From the NCBI GenBank assembly GCA_028864885.1, contig JAGWLR010000002.1, positions 39,171-103,170 of the forward strand: 64,000 bases of DNA, in the 5' to 3' direction. The notes under the pieces are model-generated. The model had not been told where the DNA came from. It worked only from the letters and a program-made list of their open reading frames with translations, and did not search any database. The position numbers and the translations under genes were made by a program. Within the stretch, counting starts at the first letter, position 1, and the number at the start of each line of letters is the position of its first letter. The stretch comes from Burkholderiales bacterium (GTDB taxonomy: Bacteria > Pseudomonadota > Gammaproteobacteria > Burkholderiales > Burkholderiaceae_C). Of the stretch, positions 9,836 through 17,939 are shown piece by piece.

Positions 9836-10387
9836 ATGCGTGTATCTCAAATGGCAGTTCTGACGTCCGCTTGCCTGCTGGCCCTGTTGGCTGGCTGCAG
9901 CACCACGCCCAAGGCCGTTGAAGAGCCTGCCAAGCCCGTGGTCAGCGAAGCGCCGGCGCCGGTTGTCCAGCAGCCTGCTACGACGGCGACGGCCTCAAGC
10001 TCGGTGACCCCGGTGTCCCTGCCTGAATACCTGGATCCCAATAGCGCGCTGTCGAAAAACCGCAGCGTGTACTTTGACTTTGACGATTTTTCGATCAAGC
10101 CCGAGTACAACAGCCTGGTTGAGATGAATGGCAAGTTTCTGGCTGGGCATCCCAATGTGTCCATCAAGGTGGAAGGTAATGCCGACGAACGTGGCAGCGC
10201 CGAATACAACTTGGCCCTGGGCCAAAAGCGTGCTGACTCGGTGGGCAAGGCTTTGAAGCTGCTGGGCGTGCAGTCCAACCAGATTGAAACCATCAGCTTC
10301 GGCAAAGAAAAGCCAATCGACAAGGGCCACGACGAAGCCGCCTGGGCGAAGAACCGTCGCGCCGACATCGTCTACCCAAGCAAGTAA
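9836..10387 (+). CDS. pal: peptidoglycan-associated lipoprotein (Pal-like, OmpA C-terminal domain)
   Basis: Lipobox LLAGCS, Ala/Pro linker, YFDFDDFSIKPEY, NADERGSAEYNLALGQKRA, NRRADIVY. Good RBS. Confidence 0.8.
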   Translation: MRVSQMAVLTSACLLALLAGCSTTPKAVEEPAKPVVSEAPAPVVQQPATTATASSSVTPVSLPEYLDPNSALSKNRSVYFDFDDFSIKPEYNSLVEMNGKFLAGHPNVSIKVEGNADERGSAEYNLALGQKRADSVGKALKLLGVQSNQIETISFGKEKPIDKGHDEAAWAKNRRADIVYPSK

Positions 10388-10553
10388 TAGTCCGCGGAAT
10401 CAGGGTATTCTGTTCTGTTGGGGTAATTGGATTCACCTCAACAGGTGACGTCATGAAACGTGCCCTGATTCCCCTGCTCCTGCTCCCGCGAAATACACGG
10501 TCGGCCCATAGCGTGCCTCGTGCGTTGATGCGGTGTGGAGGCAGCGAGTCCGT

Positions 10554-13025
10554 ATGGTTTCGAGAGTTTGTGTGAGAGTGTGTGCGGCCCTGGCCGCCTG
10601 GCTTTTCTGCCAGGCTGGCTTGGCAGAGGCGTACAACACCTACGACGGCCCTTCATTTGCGGCCACAGTCAAGCGGGGCTCGGTGTCCTTGCCCTTGCTG
10701 CAGGTCGACCATTTGCAGCAAGGCGACCGCATCGAGATCACGCCCTCGCCCGAGCTGGCCCGGCATCGTGACTGGGTGATCGCTCTGGCGAGCATTTCCC
10801 GTTCGGGAACGGAGGTGAGTTTCACCGCCAGTGCGATCGAAGATCGGGACCACTTTGAGCTGGAGGTGCCCTCGGCGGATGCCGTGCCGGCCATCGTCAT
10901 TGCGCCCGCGTTGCGCACCTTGTTCGGCATCACCACCAGCACCGGTGAATCGACCAACCTGATCGAGCAGGCGATCCGCACCGATCCGCAGCGCTTTGTC
11001 AGTTTGCAGAAGATCGACCAGATCAGCCAGGCCGCCCGCGCCTTGGCCGATGTGTTGTCGTCGGTGCCTGTCGAGCAGGGGCCCGAAGCCGTCAGTGCGG
11101 CGGCGCGCTCTGCTGCTGCCCGCTACGGCTTGCCAACCGTCGGGCCCAATTGCGTCAAAAGCACCGGCGTGGACATCCAATGTCTGGCGGCCGAAATCGT
11201 CAACCGAGCCAGCCTGGATGCGATGTCGGCAGACAAGCTCGGATCCCTCACCGGCAAACCGGATCAGGGCAAGCTGCCAGGCCAACTCGACGACAGCATC
11301 AAAACCTTCACCGCCGCGGCGGACTACTTCACGTCACGCTACCGTGATCTGTATGACTTCACCCCCACCTTTGCGCGCAGTGGTGACCAGCCCAACGAGG
11401 TGAAGCTGTACGCGATTGATCGATATCGCAATGGTGGCATCAAAACGGCTTATGTCTATGTGCCGGCCTGGTTCCAGGGGCCGATGCCGGCATTGTCGGT
11501 TGATGGGCAGGCGTCTGTCTGCCTGACATCCGGCCATGTGCCCCTCAAAACCGGCGGCCGGCTGCCACTGTCGAATTACTGGCATGACTGGCACCTTGAC
11601 TTGCTGGATCGCCGCCATCCGGAGTGGGGCGCACGCCTCGACATCCCGAACATGCACCCCGAATTCGGTGAGATCCGGGTGCCCACGGATGCGCTGGCAC
11701 CGCCCTCCGACAGCACGATCTTGACTGGCCGCTTCAGTGGCATGTTGGGCTTTCAATCCATCACCTTGCCCGATGCCACGCTGGCGATGCCTGTCGCCGG
11801 TCATCTGGAGGACGCCTTGGAGGGCGTGAGTACGCTGGTGTCGGGCGAGACCGCGCACCTGCGCATCGCGGCCGGTGCAGGCGGGTGTGTCACGCACATG
11901 AGCTTGGTGATGGATGGGCGTGTGCTGGCGAGCAGCCCGGCGGCCGCACCCACCAGGCTCGATGTGGATCTGAGCACGCAGTCAGCCGGTCCGGCGGCCG
12001 TGGTCGTCAGCCAGGCGGGGGTGGCCGATCAGGTCTTGCCCGTCAACATCGTGGGCCCGCGCGTCAGGGTTCGCCAATTGGTGCATCAAGATGGGGATGA
12101 CTTTCTGACCCTGGATGGCACGAACCTGGATCGGCTGGATCGCGTTCAGCTGGGCCATGTCATCTGCCTGCCGGGCGGCCCGCCGGCGCGTCTTGCCGAT
12201 GCGCCTTACAGCCGATTGGTGCTGGCCTGTGATTCGGCCCTGTCTAACGCCACGATTCCGGATCGTGCCATCGTGTCGCATGTAGGGGGGGCGCCGGGGA
12301 CGTTGTCTGTGCCCGTGGTCAAAGGAGAATCGCGTCCCAGCTTTGAGTTGGCGACGGGGCCGAATGCGTGGGTGGTGCAGCCCTCGGACAAGGCGGTTCG
12401 TTGGGGGCTGGCCCACGATCCCGTGCTGTCGACCGACGATTCCGGGGTGGCGCTGGTGTTGCAGGCCACCCATGGCTACTCGGTGCGATCAGGGGGCTAC
12501 ACCTTGCAACTGCGGGTGAGCGAAGACCCTTCGGGCAGTGATGCTGCGCCTTTCAGCGTGCCCTTGATGGTGAACCGTTCGCGAGGCGAGTTGAGAACCC
12601 GCACGCCGATCGTGTACCCCAGTGCCCAGTTGCCGACGGTGGTCAATCACCTGCAGTTTCGGGTGGTGCGCAGCAGCAATGGCCTGGCGGGTGATTGGCA
12701 GGATCTGCCGCATGCCATCGTGTTGCTGCCCCGCTTCACTTCTGTGAGCTGCGACCCTGCGACGTCGGACTGGCTCGTGCATGGCGAGCATCTCGACATG
12801 ATCGAAGGGGTGGGAGAGCCGACCCCCGCGGGGCCCGAGCTGCACCCGGTGTTGCTGAGTCGATGTGACGATGGCGCGTGCTTTGTGCTGCCCTCACATC
12901 AGGCCGATCATGCGATCGCCGTCAAGATCGCTTGGATCGAGCACCCGTTTGTGGTCACTTTGCCGACGGCACCGGCTTGCGCTGTGCCACCCGCTGAGGC
13001 AGCCTCAGGCCCGGTGCCGAAATAA
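10554..13025 (+). CDS. large secreted protein of unknown function
   Basis: The long ORF has good third-position GC. Signal peptide MVSRVCVRVCAALAAWLFCQAGLAEA. I recognise no catalytic or family motif. The start could also be 10533. Confidence 0.6.
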   Translation: MVSRVCVRVCAALAAWLFCQAGLAEAYNTYDGPSFAATVKRGSVSLPLLQVDHLQQGDRIEITPSPELARHRDWVIALASISRSGTEVSFTASAIEDRDHFELEVPSADAVPAIVIAPALRTLFGITTSTGESTNLIEQAIRTDPQRFVSLQKIDQISQAARALADVLSSVPVEQGPEAVSAAARSAAARYGLPTVGPNCVKSTGVDIQCLAAEIVNRASLDAMSADKLGSLTGKPDQGKLPGQLDDSIKTFTAAADYFTSRYRDLYDFTPTFARSGDQPNEVKLYAIDRYRNGGIKTAYVYVPAWFQGPMPALSVDGQASVCLTSGHVPLKTGGRLPLSNYWHDWHLDLLDRRHPEWGARLDIPNMHPEFGEIRVPTDALAPPSDSTILTGRFSGMLGFQSITLPDATLAMPVAGHLEDALEGVSTLVSGETAHLRIAAGAGGCVTHMSLVMDGRVLASSPAAAPTRLDVDLSTQSAGPAAVVVSQAGVADQVLPVNIVGPRVRVRQLVHQDGDDFLTLDGTNLDRLDRVQLGHVICLPGGPPARLADAPYSRLVLACDSALSNATIPDRAIVSHVGGAPGTLSVPVVKGESRPSFELATGPNAWVVQPSDKAVRWGLAHDPVLSTDDSGVALVLQATHGYSVRSGGYTLQLRVSEDPSGSDAAPFSVPLMVNRSRGELRTRTPIVYPSAQLPTVVNHLQFRVVRSSNGLAGDWQDLPHAIVLLPRFTSVSCDPATSDWLVHGEHLDMIEGVGEPTPAGPELHPVLLSRCDDGACFVLPSHQADHAIAVKIAWIEHPFVVTLPTAPACAVPPAEAASGPVPK

Positions 13026-13856
13026 GAAATCCAGGATGAGCTGAGGCAGCTCCTGATGAAACCGAACGCGGTCAAACCCATCCGGATCTTGCGAAGGCGG
13101 GAAGTCAGGCGACACCATGGCCGCGGGGAAGGGCGTGAGGAAGGCGAAGTGCCCCGCTCGCTCAACGAGGTGCCAGGTCAATGAGGTCGAGGCCGGCAGG
13201 CCCGCCAAGGCTGCGCGGATTGCTTCGGGTGGGGTGAGCGTGTCTTGCCCTCCGACCATGACGAGCAAGGGCGCCCTGACTTGTTCAAGGGCGTACGGCG
13301 CACGATACCAGTCGGTGGCTGGAGCGAGCAAGACGCCGCACGCGATGCGCGGATCGGCCGACACGGATAAGCTTTGCCCGTTGCGCGACCAGGGCTGGCC
13401 GCCCAGCAAGGCGAGTGCGGTGTAGCCTCCCATCGAATGGCCAACGATGCTCATGCCTTGGGGGATGGCCGCGCCTTCAAAGCGCGGATCGTTGAGCAGG
13501 GCGTCGATCACCCTGGAGACGTGCCGAGGCCGCTCGATGGCGGCTTGATCGGTGTACGTGAGCGATCGGTCACGCCGGTTGTCGCCCGGGTGCTCGACGC
13601 TGACGGTGATGAAGCCCTGCTCAGACAAGTGTGTCGTGATGGAGCGGTACAGCAGGTGCGAGCCGCCACCGCCGTGTGAGATCAGGCAGACCGGGAATCT
13701 GCCTTTTGCAACCGGGGCGTCGAGTGTGGCGTCAAACTGATAAGAGCCGATCTGTACACCACGTGCCGACACCTCGGTCGGATACTGAACCAGCGCGCGA
13801 ATGAGCCCAGCCCCCGCTGCATCGGGCACCTCAAGATGGGCGAGCCCGGAGTTCAC
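13005..13856 (-). CDS. alpha/beta hydrolase (dienelactone-hydrolase / PAF-acetylhydrolase-like)
   Basis: ISHGGGGS oxyanion region and nucleophile elbow GHSMGG. 4-nt overlap with the upstream DinB gene. Confidence 0.7.
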   Translation of the reverse strand: MNSGLAHLEVPDAAGAGLIRALVQYPTEVSARGVQIGSYQFDATLDAPVAKGRFPVCLISHGGGGSHLLYRSITTHLSEQGFITVSVEHPGDNRRDRSLTYTDQAAIERPRHVSRVIDALLNDPRFEGAAIPQGMSIVGHSMGGYTALALLGGQPWSRNGQSLSVSADPRIACGVLLAPATDWYRAPYALEQVRAPLLVMVGGQDTLTPPEAIRAALAGLPASTSLTWHLVERAGHFAFLTPFPAAMVSPDFPPSQDPDGFDRVRFHQELPQLILDFLFRHRA

Positions 13857-14398
13857 GTTGCGCTGTCTGGGATGTTGGGCATCAACAGCAGCAAATCGGT
13901 GGCGCCCACGTCCATCCCCAGTTGCGAAAACAAGGTGGTGACTTGTCCTCGGTGATGGGTCTGATGGTTGAAAAAGTGCAGCAACACCTCATCCAGTCGC
14001 TTGCGGCTGACGACCCCTTTCGTGGATTTGTATTCGAGGGGCGAGCTGAGATGAGCGCTGCGCAGTTCGGCACAGAAGGCTGTGATGACATCGTCCAGCG
14101 TGGCACGCAGCTGGGTCAGCTCGCTCAAGGTGGCGCACATGACCTGATCCAGCGCCGTCGGTTGCGGGTGGGACTGCATGGCGACCAGTGAGGCGAATGA
14201 GGCTGGATGCAGCGCGAAGCGCTTGAGCCACAGGGTATCGGCCACCGCCAGATGATTGAGCGTGCCAAAGATGGAGCCAAAGAATGCGCCTCGATCAGCC
14301 CTCAACTGCTCCTCGCTGATCACGGCGGCCGCGTCATACAGCTTGCGGTTCATCCATTGGTTGTAGCGTGCCAATTGGCTAAACAGGGCAGTGCTCAT
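13853..14398 (-). CDS. DinB-family protein
   Basis: ARYNQWMN..., LNHLAVAD and HQTHHRGQ form the characteristic DinB His triad context. Confidence 0.75.
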   Translation of the reverse strand: MSTALFSQLARYNQWMNRKLYDAAAVISEEQLRADRGAFFGSIFGTLNHLAVADTLWLKRFALHPASFASLVAMQSHPQPTALDQVMCATLSELTQLRATLDDVITAFCAELRSAHLSSPLEYKSTKGVVSRKRLDEVLLHFFNHQTHHRGQVTTLFSQLGMDVGATDLLLLMPNIPDSAT

Positions 14399-14703
14399 GA
14401 GGTGGGGGCAGAGGATTTCCAGCGGTGCATCTCTTCCTCAATGAAGTGATTCACCAGATCAGCATACAGCTTCTCGATGGCGTCGGGATTCAAGCCGACC
14501 TCGGCAGCCCATTCGCGACGTTGGGCCAGCATCGACCTAAATCGCTCGGGGGCCTTGACCGCCATTTCAGAAGTCTTGAACTTCGCGGCCGCCAGCACGT
14601 ATTGATAGCGTAGGCCGAGTAGTTGCACCACGTTTCGATCGATGTGGTCGATTTCTGTCCGAATGTCTTCCATGCCCGTGCATTGGGCCGGTGCGGTGCG
14701 CAT
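14395..14703 (-). CDS. AroQ-class chorismate mutase family protein, PchB-like (isochorismate pyruvate lyase-like)
   Basis: PAQCTGMEDIRTEIDHIDRNVVQLLGLR...AAAKFKTSE...APER closely parallels P. aeruginosa PchB PEDCTGLADIREAIDRIDLDIV...ASRFKASE...APER. Confidence 0.75.
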   Translation of the reverse strand: MRTAPAQCTGMEDIRTEIDHIDRNVVQLLGLRYQYVLAAAKFKTSEMAVKAPERFRSMLAQRREWAAEVGLNPDAIEKLYADLVNHFIEEEMHRWKSSAPTS

Positions 14704-14814
14704 GATGGGCTTCCCTGTTGTTGTGTTCAGCCCTCGAATCTAGATCGAGAGCCGACAGGGTACAAGCCCGGCGGCCAGGAATAGCTGGTGGTGAGGGGCC
14801 CCAGCCGCCAACGC

Positions 14815-15132
14815 TCAACGACCGTTGTGCTTGTCAACGGCAGTCGTTACGGCGCGCTTCAGCTTGTCGACTGCACCGGAGATGGCCTGGTGCGCGGTGG
14901 CAGCGTGATCCTTGACCACCACGGTAGGCAGGTTAGAGAGGTGAGCCTCGAGCGTGCACACAATGTCGTCGGGAGTCGGCTTGCTTTGGCTGACCGCGTC
15001 GCTGATGTGGGCATCTACGCGGGTCACGTAATCGCCAAATCGGTTCAAGGCGTCTTTGACGACGGAATCGAGGTGGTCGGCCATGCCTTGGCGGCCATCT
15101 ACATGCTTGTCGGTGTGGAGCAGTACTTGCAT
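14815..15132 (-). CDS. HPF/RaiA-family ribosome-associated protein (short form)
   Basis: The 105-aa product MQVLLHTDKHVDGRQGMADHLDSVVKDALNRFGDYVTRVDAHISD is typical of the short HPF/YfiA-like family. Confidence 0.65.
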   Translation of the reverse strand: MQVLLHTDKHVDGRQGMADHLDSVVKDALNRFGDYVTRVDAHISDAVSQSKPTPDDIVCTLEAHLSNLPTVVVKDHAATAHQAISGAVDKLKRAVTTAVDKHNGR

Positions 15133-15369
15133 ACGATCAATCCTTGATCTGGCTTGGGGAAAAATGCAAGTTCAGTTTAGTGCGCTTTGCCGACATCGAT
15201 TGTGGCGACGTCGCATCAAGGCACGCGATGTGAGGCGCATTTAACCAGCATCAAATATGCCAATTGGCGCCGGTTTGTCCCCCTAACTCGTGGTCGTGCG
15301 CTGGACGCGGCTTGGTGCCACCATCTGCTTGCAGTTGTCTCCACCGATTTCACTCCCAGGAGAGGCACC

Positions 15370-17217
15370 ATGTTTCAGGCATATCACGGCGTGACGGCCC
15401 AGCAGCATCAGTCAAAGTTCAATGAATTGGCGGCGCAGGGCTATCGCATGATTTCCCTGAGTGTGTACGGTGAACCCGCTCAGGCGCAGTACGCGGCAGT
15501 GTGGGTGCAGCGACCCGGTAGCGCCTGGGTGGCGGTGCATGGGGTCAATGCCGAGGGCTATCAAACCTTCTTCAACAATTGGACGGCCAAGGGCTATGTG
15601 CCCGTGTTGGTGTCGGGCACAGGGCAGATTGGCAATGCCGTGTTCGCAGCGGTGTTCGAGCAAGGCATTCCCGGAGCCTGGATGGCGCGTCACGGGATGC
15701 CGGCCGGGCCGGAGGCCAACGCGGGCACCTTTCAGAATCTCAACAAGGTGGCGCGTGCCCAGCGCATGATGCTGCGTTCGGTGGCCATCTATGGCTCACC
15801 GACGGATCGGCGCTACATGGCAGTCTGGCATGCGAATCCCACCAACGTCAAATGGCATGCCCATCCCTCTGATACGGGCGAAAGCTATCAGGATGCTTTC
15901 AATTCCGAGATCCAGTTGCCTGGCTATCACCTGTCGGGCTATCGGCCGGCTCATGTGGCAGTGTCGAGCGATCACATGTATTGCTCGCTGTTCAAAGATG
16001 ATGTGGTGGGCCCCTGGGTGGCGCGCCACGGCATGAGTGCGGCCGATTACCAAGCTGAATTCGATCGGCAGAAGGCGGCGGGCCTGTATCCCATTTGTGT
16101 GCAGGGTGGCGGTCAGGGGGCTGACATCCGTTATGCCGCGATCTTCGCCAAGCAAGACCAGCCAGTGGCGCGGCAATGGTCGGTGTCGGGCGTGGCGGTG
16201 CCCAACCTGGCCGGGCTGGATCACGCCATGCAGACCTTCATGCAAATGCATGGGGTGCGGGCGGCTCAGTTGGCTGTGGCCAAAAACGGCATGATGCGCT
16301 TGTCTCGCGCCTACACCTGGGCCGAGTCAGGCTACAAGATGACACAACCCTCTGATCGGTTCTTGCTGGCCAGTTGCAGCAAGATGTTCCTGGCAGCCGC
16401 CGTGCAATCCTTGTACGACGTCAAGCTGCTGACCCCGACCACGGCGGTGTACCCCTTGCTGGGCTTCAGCGGCCCGGCCGATGCCCGCAGCGACACCATC
16501 ACCATGCAACAGCTGCTGGATCACACGGCCGGCTACGACGACTCACCCACTGGGTCCAACTACGACCCCACCTACAACATGCGCCAGATCGCGCTGGACA
16601 TGAACCTGGGTCGCCCGGTGACCAAGCTCGACATCGCTCGCTACATGTATGGGCGCAAGCTGGATTTTGCACCCGGCACCAACAACAAATACTCCAACTA
16701 TGGCTATCTGTTGGCGGGGGCGGTGGTTGAAAAGATCACGGGCAAGTCTTACTTCGACTACGTCAGGTCGACCTTGCTGCAACCCGCGGGTATCGTGGAG
16801 GTCGAGGTGTTTCCCACTGCCGCCGCCAAGCGTTCGGCTCACGATGCGATTGCCGAAGACGATGGGCTGGGGCGCAGCCCGATTGACCTGATGTCCAACC
16901 GCTTGGTGCCGGCCGTGTATGGTGGGTGTGGCGAGATCAACGAGGTGGGTGATCCGAATGCCGGCATGGGGGGATCGGCCCACGCCATGGTGCAGTTCAT
17001 CCACTTGCACGCGGTGTGGGGCCATGGGCCGCGCGCACCGGGGGCTGCACGGTCTGGCAGCACGCCGGGGGCGTCGACGCTGGCTGTGTCACGGGCCGAT
17101 GGGGTCGATTGGGCCTATACCTTGAACACGCGAGATTGGGCGGTCGGGGCCTCACAGACTTTGGATGATCTGGGCAATGCCATCACCCAGATCCTGGATT
17201 CGACGTCGATCGCTTGA
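15370..17217 (+). CDS. beta-lactamase-fold serine hydrolase with an N-terminal array of about five 52-55-aa repeats
   Basis: Start chosen at ATG 15370 behind AGGAGAGG. SxxK present as ASCSKMF and YxN as YSNYGY. N-terminal repeats as listed below. No signal peptide seen. Confidence 0.75.
   Translation: MFQAYHGVTAQQHQSKFNELAAQGYRMISLSVYGEPAQAQYAAVWVQRPGSAWVAVHGVNAEGYQTFFNNWTAKGYVPVLVSGTGQIGNAVFAAVFEQGIPGAWMARHGMPAGPEANAGTFQNLNKVARAQRMMLRSVAIYGSPTDRRYMAVWHANPTNVKWHAHPSDTGESYQDAFNSEIQLPGYHLSGYRPAHVAVSSDHMYCSLFKDDVVGPWVARHGMSAADYQAEFDRQKAAGLYPICVQGGGQGADIRYAAIFAKQDQPVARQWSVSGVAVPNLAGLDHAMQTFMQMHGVRAAQLAVAKNGMMRLSRAYTWAESGYKMTQPSDRFLLASCSKMFLAAAVQSLYDVKLLTPTTAVYPLLGFSGPADARSDTITMQQLLDHTAGYDDSPTGSNYDPTYNMRQIALDMNLGRPVTKLDIARYMYGRKLDFAPGTNNKYSNYGYLLAGAVVEKITGKSYFDYVRSTLLQPAGIVEVEVFPTAAAKRSAHDAIAEDDGLGRSPIDLMSNRLVPAVYGGCGEINEVGDPNAGMGGSAHAMVQFIHLHAVWGHGPRAPGAARSGSTPGASTLAVSRADGVDWAYTLNTRDWAVGASQTLDDLGNAITQILDSTSIA
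15382..16179 (+). repeat. protein-level tandem repeats (about 5 modules) inside the serine hydrolase gene
   Basis: A recurring block, HG(V/M)xAxxYQxxFxxxxxxGYxP...YAAVW/FAAVF/YMAVW/YAAIF...W(V/M)A(V/R), has HG anchors at residues 6, 57, 109 and 220 and a degenerate module between. Reminiscent of the bacterial tandem repeat domain found on polyglycine-hydrolase-like proteins. Confidence 0.6.
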
Positions 17218-17219
17218 GC

Positions 17220-17930
17220 TCACGGGCGAAGGGGGCGTGTTTGGATGGCGCGGACCACATACTCGGCCCAGATGCGATACAAGGCTGGCCCCGGATGAAA
17301 TCCATCGCTCGCCATCAGTTCGGGGTTCAGTGGCAATCGCATGTCAAGCAGTTCACAGCTGGCCTGTGTGCCCGCCCAGTTGGCCAGTTCGTGGTTGAAG
17401 GCCTTGGCCCGTGAACCGAGGTACCAGCGCAGGGGTTGTGGCAGGGCCGGGAACAGGTGCATGGGTGGCACGGGGGCAAAGAGGATGTGTCGGGCCTGAT
17501 GGCGGTCGATGAGTTCTGAGGCCAATGCTTGCAATTGGCTTCGCCAGGCTGCGGCTTGAATCCGGCTGGTCACGTCATTGACGCCCACCGACACCACCGC
17601 GATGTCTACGGGTTCAGGCTCGTGTTGACTCAGCCGGCGCAATACTTCTTCGGTGGTCAAACCGGTTTGCGCCACCAACCGCCAATGAACGGTGTGAGTG
17701 TCGGAGAGTGTGGCGACGATTTGGCCGGCCAGTGCTTCTTGCTGATGCGCTGCGCCGACGCCTGCCGCCGCCGAATCCCCGGCAATCAGCACGCGCAGCA
17801 AGGGGCCTTGCCCACATATACCCTGCCGATCGCCGCTGGCCTCAGGCAGTTTGGGTGTGACACGACGGGTGTACAGACCCTGTGCGAGCAGTAGAGGGCC
17901 CAAGGCAATCTGGGTCAGGGTGTCGCGCAT
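17220..17930 (-). CDS. SGNH/GDSL-family hydrolase
   Basis: Block I LIAGDSAAAGVG and block III VSVGVNDV. Confidence 0.75.
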   Translation of the reverse strand: MRDTLTQIALGPLLLAQGLYTRRVTPKLPEASGDRQGICGQGPLLRVLIAGDSAAAGVGAAHQQEALAGQIVATLSDTHTVHWRLVAQTGLTTEEVLRRLSQHEPEPVDIAVVSVGVNDVTSRIQAAAWRSQLQALASELIDRHQARHILFAPVPPMHLFPALPQPLRWYLGSRAKAFNHELANWAGTQASCELLDMRLPLNPELMASDGFHPGPALYRIWAEYVVRAIQTRPLRP

Positions 17931-17939
17931 GGGGATGTC

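Noticed and set aside
10453-10575. A small ORF, MKRALIPLLLLPRNTRSAHS..., upstream of the 830-aa gene that begins like a signal peptide.
   Set aside because: The hydrophobic run breaks off after 11 residues and there is no SD. It overlaps the better-supported start of the large ORF in another frame. It could only matter if a frameshift error exists, which I cannot test.
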